DNA of 63,313 bases, counting the filler, from Choristocarpus tenellus KU-1152 (Eukaryota > Protista > Phaeophyceae): the NCBI GenBank assembly GCA_964200185.2. It is 10 parts of 10 records of this genome, joined end to end, with 100 filler letters (N's around TTAATTAATTAA, not from the genome) between each part and the next. Parts side by side here need not be neighbours in the genome. Positions count along the whole stretch, not along the records: positions 1 to 5,378 come from CAXNAD020010982.1; positions 5,479 to 13,367 come from CAXNAD020005440.1; 8 more parts are not named here. One strand, written 5' to 3'. Made by a program: the position numbers and the translations under genes. The notes beneath the pieces were generated by a model, which worked only from the letters and a program-made list of their open reading frames with translations, was not told the origin of the DNA and did no database searches. This document shows, one piece after another, positions 1-12,586 of the stretch (its first letter is position 1; each line of letters starts with the position of its first letter).

Positions 1-47
1 GTTGGATTTTGAAAGGCAGCAAAAAAAAAGTTGTTTGCCCCAAACCG

Positions 48-79
<32 letters not shown>

Positions 80-96
80 TACAGATACTTTGACCC
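1..96. mobile_element. Terminus of poly-C/G-type MITE (subfamily B)
   Basis: Long C-run followed by ACAGATACTTTGACCC, the reverse complement of the family TIR. Confidence 0.7.
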
Positions 97-272
97 AACA
101 TCGTCTTCAAAGAGTTTTCCTTCCAACAGAAACGATAATCCAACAGGATCTGGCGCTCACAGGAAGCACTTCGTTGGATAGTTTTGCTATTGTGAACACC
201 ACGCGTGCATACAAACATGAGTGTCATCACGGTTCAAGTGGGTTTCACTCCATCCATATGCATCATAGCAAT

Positions 273-530
273 GAGTGAAAGTATTTTAGAGGGTACGATT
301 TTTTCCCTGTTTGTCCATTTGGGGCTTGACTTCCTGCTGGTTTTTTATGACACTTTCCAAGTTTGAAATGTTTCGGAGTAGGTAAAATGTATACATTATG
401 AAAAGGTGTGTCCGGAAGAAGGATATTGACACTTCCTAACCAACACGATGGCCAAAATTACATAACAATCGCAACATTGGATTTTGACCCCCAAACAGAT
501 GCGGCTCTATCCTCTAAGATACTTTGGCTC
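273..530. mobile_element. MITE subfamily A, full length (258 bp), Sola2-like
   Basis: Ends GAGTGAAAGTATT...AGATACTTTGGCTC. The interior aligns with the copies at 2989, 24143, 33425, 62455 and 63075. The TSD is imperfect here (CAAT/CATA). Confidence 0.85.
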
Positions 531-834
531 CATACCTGCACCTACCTACCTAACAGAAAACATACATTTGATCTTGTGAGCATTCCCCCATGGCTAGCAG
601 GTGTAAATCAACTCAGTTTACACGCTTGTACTCTTACCATACAGGCAGTGGGCAAATCCGCGACCCACCCACCTGGCAAGCATGCTTCGAACCCACTGCT
701 GAAGTAATAGAGCTGCCCCATTCCACTCCTTGTCTCGCATCCACCCCACTATTGTGTGCCACTGGGAGATTGCCGATCTCAGTTCAGCATTCCGTGCTCC
801 ATGAATCGCCTTTGTCAGCCAGCAACATAGTTTA

Positions 835-1017
835 GTGTCAGGGGTCTTGGCTATGCTTATTAAAGTTCAAGGGTCACTGTTGTCTTAGGGGTTCCGACTA
901 TGCTTATTGAAGTTTGAGGTCATTGTTGTCACGGGTTCCAACTATGCTTATTGAAATATTGAGGGACATTGTTGTCAGGGTTTCCGACTATGCTCATTGA
1001 AGTTTGGGGGTCATTCT
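835..1017. repeat. Minisatellite, about 4 copies of a ~45-bp unit
   Basis: Recurring GTTGTCAGGGKTTCCGACTATGCTTATTGAAGTTTGRGGTCA-like unit. Confidence 0.85.
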
Positions 1018-1789
1018 CTTCCTCTCACACACGCACAAGAAAATTCTTGGGGGCCAGTGCTTGTTGGCGGGTCATTTTCTATCTAGAAGGCAGTTCTTGT
1101 ATAGCTCTAGATTATATGCTACTCTTAGGGTCATAGTGGAAGTGGAGGCGAACTTCAGGGATTGAGAGCAAAGCAAAGGGTCACTTGAAAGCAAGGACAT
1201 GGAAAAGAGAAGTATGCGTTAGAGCACAGCTCATACTACCTTCCATGAATTGATTCTGGCGGCAATGACATTGCTGTTTTGTCTATAGAAAAGGAGAGGC
1301 AATCAATGTACAATGGTGAAAGTGGTGGTCTGGAAGAACAAGGACAGCCTTGAGAATATTGTATTTGATGTGTCAAACTAGGTGAGAGGTTGATGTCAGC
1401 AATAGGAAAAAATCGATTTATTTTGTGAAGGTTGAGGGGAAGGGGGCAATGGGTACGAACAGCAACAATTGGATCAAATGTGGGTATCCCCCATCACAAG
1501 TATGTTAATGTTGAAGTTGTGGCCAGATTGGCGACAAAATTTGTACACAACCCCACACAAAATCATAATTATGATGATATCAAGCTCAGAAGGGAATTAC
1601 AAAAGGTCCATTATGATCAACAGTAACCCTCAGATACTTTTGCTCGTTATTTCTACTACTATTACTTTGTACTATTACCATTACTATTCCTATTGTTATT
1701 ACTTCCTCTGTTTAGAATTGAACATCTATCTATGATTTCGCCCCCAAAGCCCTCCAAAACTCCCTTCCACCACAGTATTTCGCCACATC

Positions 1790-2430
1790 CACCAGGACAT
1801 TCAGGGAGAGCTTGCCAGCCCGCCTTCTCAGCCTTTTCCTTGCTAAGATGGGGAATTTTGAAGACGTCATCACCCTTGGACCCCAGCACTTTATAGTAGA
1901 CTGTGAAGAGGCTCTGTCAGATGCGCTATATTATTGTCTTCTAGAGGTACACATCAAACACCTCCACATTGTGATCTCCACCAGCTCCTCGGTGTTGGTA
2001 ATCCCCACATATTCCTTCAGCTACTGGATGGAATGAAAGAATCCCAGATCGTTGATGTTGAGGTCAGATGTGTGACAGGCTGAGTCTCTATGACAATGTT
2101 GTCCTCAGCAGCCTCCTTGATTGCCTCCATGGTACCATCCTGCTGCACAAAGATGGTGTGTCCTTCCGGCCTAGGCATGCTGGCCTTGATTGCTGGGATG
2201 ACATCCTCGATCATGAGGTCCTTACATCTCTCCTCGTCCACCATGGCTGGCAAAAGCACCTTGGTGCACTTGGGGTGGTGTTTGATGGAGTACTGAGCGA
2301 CCTTAGTGTCCACGATTGGTTAGATCCCGATTTTCCCATCGAACCACAACCAGTTAGACAGCTTCCCAGGGCAGGCCACAGCTGCAAGGAACATCACCTT
2401 CAAAATGTATCGCTTATTCTGTGCCTTAAG
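1790..2430 (-). pseudogene. Degraded mariner-like (plant/oomycete-type DD39D) transposase, catalytic and C-terminal part
   Basis: Minus-strand frames give QNKRYILKVMFLAAVA, WFDGKIGI, IFVQQDG, DLNINDLGFFHSIQ and the C-terminal FKIPHLSKEK, all hallmark motifs of this family. Stops and frameshifts are present. Confidence 0.8.
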
Positions 2431-2736
2431 CAGTGCTTATATATGATTGTGTATATGATTGTATATGAATGATACAGTCTGGTTCGTATTATTTGTTTGC
2501 TATAGTGGTACCCATAGCTTCGCCCTCTGGGGTTGCACCATCATAACGTTTGATGTAGACATCGGATTTACAAAATAAAAGCATATTCATGATACCCGTC
2601 ACAAGGCCCCCCAGAGTACGGGCTTCGTTTTTTCCATCATATTTTTTTTATTTTTTCGAAGAAAGAGCGGTCATATTGGGGTTTGAACCCTGGATTGTAG
2701 GTCACCAAGAGTGGCAACAGATGCACTACTACTAGA

Positions 2737-4070
2737 TTAAAGTAATGGGTTTAGGTGGGGAAAAGCCTCCCCACCCTTACTTTCTGTGTGTTCGCATACC
2801 CACTCTTTGACTTCGGCAAGGATGTCCTGGTCGAGGCCCAGGACGAAACGCCTCTCATAGCACCCTTGCTCTGACACCTTGATGCGGCTCTTAGTTAGGA
2901 TGTCTCTCTCCCAATCACTCACAGTTTCTGGCCTGACCATCGCATATCCTGCTGCCATCTCGAGCGCCGTTTGATGGTCTTTCCCGTTGAGTCAAAGTAT
3001 CTTAGAGGGTAGGGCCGCGTCCATTTGGGGGCCAAAATCCAATGTTGCGATTTTGATGTAATTTTGACTACCGTGTTTGTTAGGAAGTGTCAGTATCCTC
3101 GTTCTGGACACACCTTTTCATAATGTATACATTTTACCTACTCTGAAACATTTTGGAGTGGAAAAATGTCATAAAAAACCCCACAGGAAGCCAACAAACG
3201 ACAAACATGGCAAAACTTGTACCCTCTAAGATACTTCCACTCCGTTGTTCATACACACGTACAGGATTCACAGTGTTAGAGAGCCTTAACTATCACATTT
3301 CCTTGTTAAGCGCCGGAAGTGGGCATTATCCGTGTTTCCTGGACGGGTGATATTTTATCAAGGCGCAAGGGCAAGGGAGGACAGGTTTGAGTTGATCGAA
3401 AATTGTGTTGATTTCTCGAATGAGTGCAGGCTGGGAGAAAGCCTTGATCAACTTTATACGTCTAACCCTAAGTCCAGGAACAAAAGAGAATGCACGGCAT
3501 CTTACAAGAAGTGGGAGACACCAAATAACTGGTGTGCAAATAGCCTCAATCTCACCTCCTCTTCTTCCCTGGTGTCCTTGTTGATGGCTACCTCCACCTG
3601 CTTCGCAATCTCTTCTAAGTAAAGGATTTGGTGGTATCGAAAAGTCTCCACAGCTGCCTTTGTTTCGATCGCTTTCTCCTCCGCCTTGCAATCCCTTTCG
3701 ACCTTCTTTCGGGCTTCAGAGCCCTTTTAACCCAATCCTAACACCTTCTTTCTTGTTTCCTTAAGTCACTTTGGTTCGCACACCTTCCAGACAGCCAGGG
3801 CCTGCTGCAACTGTCGACTACTAAGATATTCTACACCCGGGTTTTCACTTAGGTGTTTCCTGAGCACAATGGCATGCAGTCGCACTGCTCTCTTCCCCAA
3901 TCTTTCCTTCAGGTGGCCATCCCGGTTCTCCCTTCGCCTGCCGTGACCAGGCTTCACCACATATTTCGTCACTGTACCACCTGGTGATGGACTCGCTGCT
4001 TCTTCCTGCTTTCCTGAGGTGGCAGAGACTGCAGAGCAGTGCTCCGACGTGGTTGAAGATCCAACCATGT
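2737..4070 (-). pseudogene. Probable Tc1/IS630-like transposase N-terminal remnant, interrupted by a MITE
   Basis: ORFs 3766-4068 and 2737-2958 lie in one frame with scattered stops. The segment TVSDWERDIL...SEQGCYERRFVLGLDQDILAEVKEWVCEHTESKG resembles the HTH region of large Tc1-like transposases (recalled similarity, not searched). Confidence 0.4.
2989..3242. mobile_element. MITE subfamily A, full length, 4-bp TSD CGTT
   Basis: CGTT-GAGTCAAAGTATCT...AGATACTTCCACTC-CGTT. Confidence 0.92.
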
Positions 4071-5346
4071 TTGTGTGGTAATGCTTTCAATTCATCTTCT
4101 CTCAGCGTCAGTGTCACGGCCCCGTAATCCATTTCGCGATTTGATTATGCTGCTGTGCCACACTGCTTGCACTCTCTAGTCACCTATCATCGCACTGAGT
4201 GTCACACGGCACTTGCTTTTCCGTCGTCTCTTGACAGAGAAGGTGCCGAGGGTATATCCAGGGGGCAGAATGGCATCGGTGGCTCTCCTTGTCTCACCAT
4301 TGAGGTTCATGTTGCCGTGTAAGTCACGTGTGTGTGTGCTCACAGAAAGTCTGTAAAAGGCGTTAAAAAGATGTCCGGAAGTGTTGAGTTTTTTCTTTTT
4401 TCGGTATCACCACACTGGCCAAACTTGGGCAGTGATGTGTCTCCGCATCAGTTTTTTACAAGGAGTTCAGCCAACCACTTAATTTTTGTCCGTTCTGATT
4501 TTGTGACGTTCAAGATTGTGCCAGAGATATTCCCCCGCGTTTTTGCCATTCTTTGATCAGGACATAGTTCCTGTTCCCCGAAGCCTGGATATTCATGGAA
4601 ACAAACCTTCAAAATTTCTTGTCATACCCTTTCATTTGATATATACATTGTTGTATAACCGTTGTGGTGTTCCGGTGAAAAAAACTGCGATTGCCACAGA
4701 GGGCGAAGCTACTGGTACCACCTTATATGTGGAATTTGTACCTTTGTGTGTTCATACTGCATATGATGGTTTAACAGTAAATGAGAAAGGAGAGAGCGTC
4801 TTGTCCGACACGAGCTCACTCCACGATCTAGACTAATATACATGGAGACATGATTAGAACAGAACCCTTGTGAGCCCGGAAGGGTGGAGTCCTTACATCA
4901 GAAAAACACCTGAGCCGTGAGAACTCATAATTCGTTTGAATTCGCGAAGCATCGTGAGCTCTGATATTCGGCAAGGCGTGCCAGGGAAGATTGGACGATC
5001 GAAGTCCTTTGACACTAAACATAGTCGATAATAGGTGAGAGAACGGACGGAAAGCGCATTGTTTCCTGTGCTGAACACGTTTAGACTCAAAGGATGATGA
5101 CTTTGCAGGTCAACAACGGAGAACAGGCCCATGAGGGACGATTTTCCCGGGGTGAGAGGAGCAGAAGGAGGACTCTTCGCTCATGAATCTGGGAAGTTTT
5201 CAGCTTCGGCATAGCAAGTTGCCACCGAAGCTGAGCACTTTAACTGAGGAAGCTCCTTGGAACTTCCTCGAACAGAGGAGAATGTATGAGAGGAGCGTGT
5301 GTGACCAACGACACAGTGGGGGTATACCAATAGCCCTTCAGAGTCT

Positions 5347-5378
5347 GAGCCAAAGTATCTTAGAGGGTAGAGCCGCGT
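5347..5378. mobile_element. MITE subfamily A terminus at contig end
   Basis: GAGCCAAAGTATCTTAGAGGGTAGAGCCGCGT runs into the gap. Confidence 0.85.
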
Positions 5379-5478
5379 NNNNNNNNNNNNNNNNNNNNNN
5401 NNNNNNNNNNNNNNNNNNNNNNTTAATTAATTAANNNNNNNNNNNNNNNNNNNNNNNNNNNNNNNNNNNNNNNNNNNN
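5379..5478. other. Artificial contig-joining spacer (N44-TTAATTAATTAA-N44)
   Basis: The identical 100-bp spacer, whose TTAATTAATTAA core gives stops in all six frames, recurs at 5379-5478, 13368-13467, 25265-25364, 34692-34791, 39137-39236, 43829-43928, 47648-47747, 53153-53252 and 58036-58135. Confidence 0.97.
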
Positions 5479-7402
5479 CCCCACCCCCACCCCCCCCCCC
5501 CCCCCCACCCCCACCCCACTCCTCGCTTCTAGGCTCACCTCCACGACTGTCAGGTCCTGCAGAAGCCTCATGATTCTCCTGGTTTGCAACGACCTTCTCA
5601 CCCTCATCGGCAACTCTGGCGTTGGAGGCCTTCCTCCCCAGTTTCATCAAGCTCTTCCCCGCCCCCTTGGCCTTCGAGAAGAGCCAACTCTTCCGGGAAG
5701 GGGTCGACACAGGTGGTGCGGATGCCTTGTTGGCAATCTCTATGTGCAGAGGTTTGATGGGCCGAGAGGATAGCTTGCGAGATTTCCGGCCTCCAGGGTC
5801 GATGCCAAGCTGCACAGGTGGTGTGACTCCGCTGTCGCCAAAGTCTTCAATCCATTCTGCCACACTTCCACTGGTTGCTCTTGAAAATGCTATGCTCCCA
5901 ACCCCGCTGGTTGCTCTTGAAAATGCTATGCTCCCAACCCCGCTGGTTGCTCTTGAGAACACACGAGATCCTCCTCCTGATCTAGAGGTGGTCGATTCCA
6001 TCACCATAACGTGGAAATCCAACTCTATCTGTACAGAGCAGGTCACATTTTACAGTGGTGAGAATAGATGTATCTTTCAGTCTCAAGTTGGCAGACTTTC
6101 GTTTAGCTTAGTTCTAGTGGGAGGGGAAAGGAAGGGAAGGGATATGCAAGGAGATAGGGGGAAGGTGAGTGGGTTGTGAGACAACCAGGTGCTCCCCAAG
6201 CAACTCATACATTCACAAGTATTGTTGTTACTCAGCTTTTCGCCACCACAATCGCTAAATTTTCAAATTATTGTATATATAATTAAACAGCCTTAAATGA
6301 AGGGGAAAACACGCTCAAAGACACAAAGACACAAAGACACACACACATGCAATACATGCAAGCAACTCCTGAGAAAGGTCGGGGAGAGTGTCCTAGGGGT
6401 TACCTCGAAATCTGATCCTTCTTCCTCTTCCTCAGCGGAGCTGAAGCCCTCTCCATCAGTAGACAAATGCCTATCATCATCGTCATCATCATAATCATCA
6501 TTATCATCATCGTCATCACCAATGTCATCCATGTAGGTGGTCTCTTCCTTCTCACCTTCAACTTCTACAGAGGACCCACGTCCAGGAACATGTGCACAAG
6601 GTAAGACATTTTGATATCAGAACAGAGAACTTCGAGGCAGACAACACACGTATGCTACTCATGCCCTTGGCTCACACAAGAGAGGCACCATTACCACTCC
6701 TTTTTAACGGTACTACGGAACATTATGCTGGCGTGAGATTCGTACAAAGTCAGCAGGTCTGATTGTGGGTTGAATTGGGGTCTGGGTGAGCCCGCCAAAA
6801 CAGAGTCATTACGACGTTGCTATGACTATACAATTGCAACGTAGATTGTAGGATGTTGCTCTTGGCTAGTATTGTAAGGTAATTTTCGTAGCATTTTGGA
6901 GCAGGAAGTGTAAATGAGAAGTCAAGAGCAAAGTAAAAAAACTCACCTGTTTTGTGCTCTTCAACAGACAGTGGCGTGGGCCGTGCGGTCCCCATTAATG
7001 GAGAGGCATCCTCACTAGGGCAACCTGTGAAAGGTGAGGATTGGAAAACCTTCAGTGGGAGGATCATGAAGGGGTATTTCTTGTAGTAGCAAGTGCAACA
7101 ATTACACCGTCGACCAAAAAAACAAAAACACAATTGCACTCCAGGCAAGGGTAATCGTAAAAAAGTCGATGCATCAAATGGCGAGTATAATATCTCACCT
7201 TCTGAGTTAAATTTTAACTCCTGCATCTGCATCCCGATCTCCGCGCTCTTTGCAGTATCCTACGTAATGTTCATAGGGAAAAGAGTCAAAGACGGTGACA
7301 CACATTATTACCAACGACCGACTTGCGCGCATTCCCTCATCATATACCGAAATTGCTCAACCGGATAATGTTGGGTTATACCTCCACCATATCGCCAGCC
7401 AT
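5479..7402 (-). CDS. Unknown acidic/low-complexity protein, 5 exons seen, 3' end truncated by gap
   Basis: GT-AG exons 7402-7382, 7259-7199, 7024-6947, 6564-6404 and 6028-<5479 join in phase (0,1,1,0): MAGDMVE-DTAKSAEIGMQMQELKFNSE-GCPSEDASPLMGTARPTPLSVEEHKT-EVEGEKEETTYMDDIGDDDDD...DFE-IELDFHVMVMES... Confidence 0.75.
5868..5960. repeat. Coding 36-bp tandem repeat (~2.5 copies; FSRATSGVGSIA)
   Basis: CCGCTGGTTGCTCTTGAAAATGCTATGCTCCCAACC repeated in frame within exon 5 of the minus-strand gene. Confidence 0.9.
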
Positions 7403-10400
7403 CGTCCTTTAGAAAAGTCACGATGTCTTTCTCTCCTGTCCAGATACAGCAACAACAAATTCCAGGAGTCCCAATAGTCGGAGGTTTTAGGATCGAAGGC
7501 CAGTGACCTGAGCTACAACTTCAGTCCCTACTAGTGGGGATCACATACGAGAAATGCTGGTGAGTTGCATGAGAACGGAGTCACTTGACTCCGTTCTAAT
7601 CACAGCTTTTTCGGAGAGGATGTGCTGAAGACGTGGGTTACTTTAGAGGGAACACATTAAACACATGCCTTCGCAAGGTGTGGATGATATTATACCTTTC
7701 ATACTTACGTTTTTTTGTCCGCTGGGTTGATTAACATTACTATTTATTTGTGTACTCGTTCCTCAGTCCCTTCTTCATCAACCCACGACAGATTTAAATT
7801 TTTGGTATGTATTGTTCAAAATGTGGTAAGTGCGTTGTCGAAGAGACCCTCTCACCAATAGCGTGTTGGTTTGTTGATAGTATTTGACATACATGGAGTT
7901 GTAGGTATTCTTCCAACTGCTTTTCATTAAAACCATTTTATAGAACCGGTCAAAACTGTTTTACACTGAATATAAAATACATCATCAAGCAGTCAGATCT
8001 TTGCACTTCTGTCTTAGGTGGATATCTTCGTACATGGCAAACCAGAGTGGGGTGGTCACTATCGGGTTCCTCATGAAAGTAAGACCTGCTGAACATTTTC
8101 AATGCTATTTACCAATTCAAGACACACAACTCTAAAGCAAAGCAAAATGGAGAGGCCTTGCATACGAGACTTGATTTGTTTTAATAGACTCTTCCCACTC
8201 TACCGGATAATTCTAGTCAAATGAATGTGGAGTGATAGTAGATAGTTACTGATTGTTAAAATAAACCATTATCTCGAATAAAGATACATTTATGATCTCA
8301 CATGGTGGCCTACGTACATTTAAACTAACCATTCCTCGACAGCTCTGAGAACATTCCTGTGTGTTTATCACTACTACTCCAACACGATAATATACTTCAA
8401 CAAGATACCTACCCTATTCGTCGATCACCAATATTGTCTTGATGTGGATGTTCATCTGTGTTTATGTGTTACAACTTCTAGGATTGTTTTTGTCGTGCCA
8501 TGACAGACAGGCTGTGGAAGTCAATCGGTGTGCGTTTTTGGAGCTGAAATGGGGGAGAATAATCTCTGACCTGAATAGATCAGGCGGTGTACACACAGGA
8601 ACTGTCCCCCTTAATTAAGGAAACACACTCTTAAAAAACCACTACCACGTTTTTGTGAGGAGTAGACAATTTGAGGTGTACCTAAGGATATTTGCAGACA
8701 TTTCAAGGTACGGAGGGAATTTAATGAATAGTATGAAATACCCACCATTTTTGTTTCAACCTTGACCGGTTCAACATTGACCTATTGGTTCTATATTCAC
8801 AAGAAACAGAACGTTGTTTAACGCAATTGCAATAAACGGACCGACATTTTCTTGCATTTGGATTGGGTTGCAGTTGTCATTTTTGGTGTCTTATCATCAC
8901 ATAGGCGTGTGTTTTTTTTTATGAGGTGGTTTGGACAGAAGGTCCAAATGATGAACATGGGTCAACATGTGTAATAGTGTCATCTATGCTAACCGTGCAC
9001 CTAAAACTGTTGGACTAGTCAATATGGCAATGGCAAACGGAGGAGTTTTGTAAACTTTTTTGTCACAGCTTATCGACCACAGAAACGCACCATATTGAAT
9101 ATTCGTGTACGGGTACTGGTTACAGAGCAATAGGTTTGTTCCAGGCGCTATCAACGCCTTTTCATTGTCGTCAGACAATGGAAGATCGCCATCTGCTCTT
9201 TGAAGTAGTTGATTTTTCAAAAACTGAAGGAAGGAAAGGCAAATGTTTTGGATTGGCCCATTAGAATTGGAAAAAAATGGTGAAGGTACCTTTGTCGGAA
9301 TCTCAGCGCAAGTTTTTTTGTAGTGGGAACCGTGGCCCTGATGGTAAGCCCGACAGGAAACGAAAGGGAGAGCATGGATGCCAATTCGATATGTGCATGG
9401 AGAAGTCCAGTAGGGGGGGTTGGGATGGAAAGTCTCTCGTTTGTCTCGAGAGAATGACTGTGGTTTTCGGAAAGCATTCAGATGTCTGCTGGTGCAATTC
9501 CGAATTTGGCGATGCCACGTATAGCCTTGAACCCACACATGAAGGCAGCGAAACTTGGCAAGGGCATGCAGAGTTTGCAGGGCGTTAGGGCCCCCCAATG
9601 CCAGTTAAACAGTGTAAAACACAAGGCGATAGCAACGTGGGTTTGTTTCTTAGTTCCTTGTATTTCATGCTTATCGAACGTCCACGACGACACCGAACTT
9701 GTCTGGGGGACTTCTCGACAGCAAGAAAACGATAGAAACACGCTTTTCCATTGTTCCTTCGCCCTTCCATTGCGTGGATCACCTGGTCTTGTAGGTACAG
9801 ATGTTGATTCAGAGAGATCACAAAACTATGGCTGAAGATGCCTGCGTTCACAAAAACGATGGTTAGGAACAACTGTTGAGGCATTCCGAAGGCGCCAGGT
9901 AACCCTGGGCGTTCACCTATAAAACCACCACCTGGAAAGCAATTAGCGAGACATTGTGCGTAGATGCGAGCAGGTATATATGACGATGCTTGCATCCTTG
10001 CATTGCGCACTGCCCGAGCCTTGCCAACCATGCTGCACGTTCCAATTCTACAAGTGGGAAAAGGAGATTCGAATTTCTGATTTGTTCATTTCCAGTTAAT
10101 CCCGGACCAGACTTTGAAGCGTGTTTTAATCGTGACAGGTGACCAGGCACAGGTGGCATTGCTCTCCCTGAAGAAGGTATGTCATTCCCATGGTGTATTT
10201 TTATTTCCTCATTGTTGATGGTGAGTGACGATGGACGACTATTTGCGTGATGTTGATGACTTCTCGTATGAGGTTGAATATGATCTCATTGAGCCCTACC
10301 CACTACTGTCTGTCCCTGACGAAACCCCACTGTCGCAGATGCTGGCCTTGGATATTTCAGCACTTCTTGGCGATTGGGATGGTCAATGCCACGTTTGGAG

Positions 10401-11021
10401 AACCGGTGGGGGAGTCAAAGTAAGGCAGAGCAGTGCATTTGAAGAATCCCAACAAATATGTGCAAAATTCGCCTTTTCGTACAAATGTGTGTAAGATATT
10501 TTCCGAACCGTGTCGAAATCTTTCAAACAGACAAATTAACCCTCTCAAGTCAAACTTAGCACTTCATCCCTAGAAATATGGGCGAATTGCAAGAGATTTG
10601 AAAAACTGACCTAAAATGTTAAACGGTAAAAAAAAACTCTGTTCCTCTCGTTTACTTTGACTCGGGATCCTCACCTTGCTACACTCTTGCATCAACTTCT
10701 TGTTGCCTCTCACTCGTATAATCATGTTCCAAAAATATGTCTGTGCTTATTCTGTTGCAAAGTAGAATATATGTGTTGGTATGTTTGTGTGAGTCATTGA
10801 CATGGATGCAGGTTCTATCTTTAGATGATAGCGTGTGCTTCTGAGTTTTTTTTATCCTGAATGCACACAGAGTGCTCCTCACTTCCAACCACTACTTCAG
10901 GATCACTGACTTTGTGTACCTTCATGGTTTTGGGGCCTGTGGAAGGCTTGTCTTTTCGCGTGATCTCCTTTTTTGCTCACGGTGTCTTTCTGAGTGTTCA
11001 ATGTGTGTGCTTGCTTGTTGT

Positions 11022-11207
11022 GGCTCCAAGTATCTGGGGGGGGGGGTCTACACCAGGGTGTCCATTTGGGCCCTGACCAGGAGAAGTGCACTTACATCAT
11101 CCGTCCGACACATGCAACCAAGTCACCCAAAAATCGTGACATGGAAAAATGGGCCCCGAATGGACAACTGCCACACACATACACACACACACCAGATACT
11201 TTGAGGC
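11022..11207. mobile_element. MITE subfamily B, full length (186 bp), 4-bp TSD TTGT
   Basis: TTGT-GGCTCCAAGTATCTGG(G)n...CCAGATACTTTGAGGC-TTGT, with internal inverted GTCCATTTGGG / CCCGAATGGAC. Confidence 0.88.
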
Positions 11208-12586
11208 TTGTGGATCATTTTTTTTTATTTGATGCTTGAGGACTGACGTCATATGAAAAAGACTATGCCTGGCAAGCATTTTGAAGATGACGAGGGTGGG
11301 CCCTCACCAGGCCCTCACCATGGCTTCATTTTTGTGCTTCTTTTTTCATTCCTTCGTACGTTTTGTTATTTCACGTTTTTTGTAGTAATGGAGGTGGCTG
11401 GAGGGAGACTACCAAGAGGAGGAATGGGATCTGTTCGATGTAGTTCGGAGTGTGAGTACACCACACTAGACAAGGCCATGTTGTCAAATTGGTTTTATGT
11501 GGTAAGAGCGTATATTATGTGAAGTCACTTTGTCGGGTTGATGCTTTTCTTCAGACTGGAGCACCAGTCTCATTTCTGGCTGTTTCATTACATTCTGCGA
11601 CCATTGTTCAGAATGGTACAACATTCAGATTGGTGTCCCCTGAGTTTTCTACGTTCTTAACACTGCCGTATACCAGTACTTAAAAACACATCCACTACAG
11701 TCAGTGTAGTTCATTTTGAACTGCTCCTACTGCTGACCCTCTAATCAATAATTTGAATAAAAACAGATGACGAATGCATTTATTGGACAGGTAACTGATT
11801 GTAGGAAGTGTGTCGCACACAATAGCAAGTACCAACAGTACCTTCAAAGCTCGCTTCCCATCTCACACAATCATACACGGGCAGGCCTTACACCCACCAT
11901 GAATCCGGGCGTGCTATCATCAGGTAATGCATAGACATAATTTTGGAAATAAGAGTAAGCATGTTAGAGGAAGAGGACCGAACGGAGAGAGCATGACAAG
12001 AAATAGGTAAAAGTTGCAAATAACCCTAACCCTAGCACTAGCCCTAGCCCTAACCCTTAAACAAACAACACTTGTTGAACCAAGACATCACTACTATCAT
12101 GGGGAAAATCATCTGTGGGTTGTTGCACAATATACAATATACATCCATCAATTTCCAACTTTGCCTCTGACAACCCAGCACCCGCACTACCAGCGTCAGA
12201 GGAGGCACAATGTATTACACATACACACACACATAAAATTTTAGATTGTTCAACCACTCTCTATCTACCCATAATACTACTTATACTACTACTACTGTAG
12301 TCCTCTATTGTTTGTACTGCTGTGGTGTGTATGTTGAAAAATAGTATAAAATATACTCCATAACAATGGAGTATGTTTCTATCTGTTCCCCACAACAGTT
12401 GGTCTTCGCCGGCCTTCCTACCTGTGCCTTACGCATCATCAAACAGAAGAGAGAGGAACGCAAAAATATCCAACATACCTTATACGGCGCGATACAAATG
12501 TCAGAACAGGGCAAGGCTATCATCTGCACATACCTCCTCCCAGCCTGCCCTTCGCTACTCCTTTGGTTTCCTCGGGAGGATTGTTG

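Noticed and set aside
9-278. Poly-proline ORF
   Set aside because: It derives from the poly-C tract of a MITE terminus.
5622-6179. 185-aa plus-strand ORF
   Set aside because: It is the antisense shadow of exon 5 of the spliced minus-strand gene.
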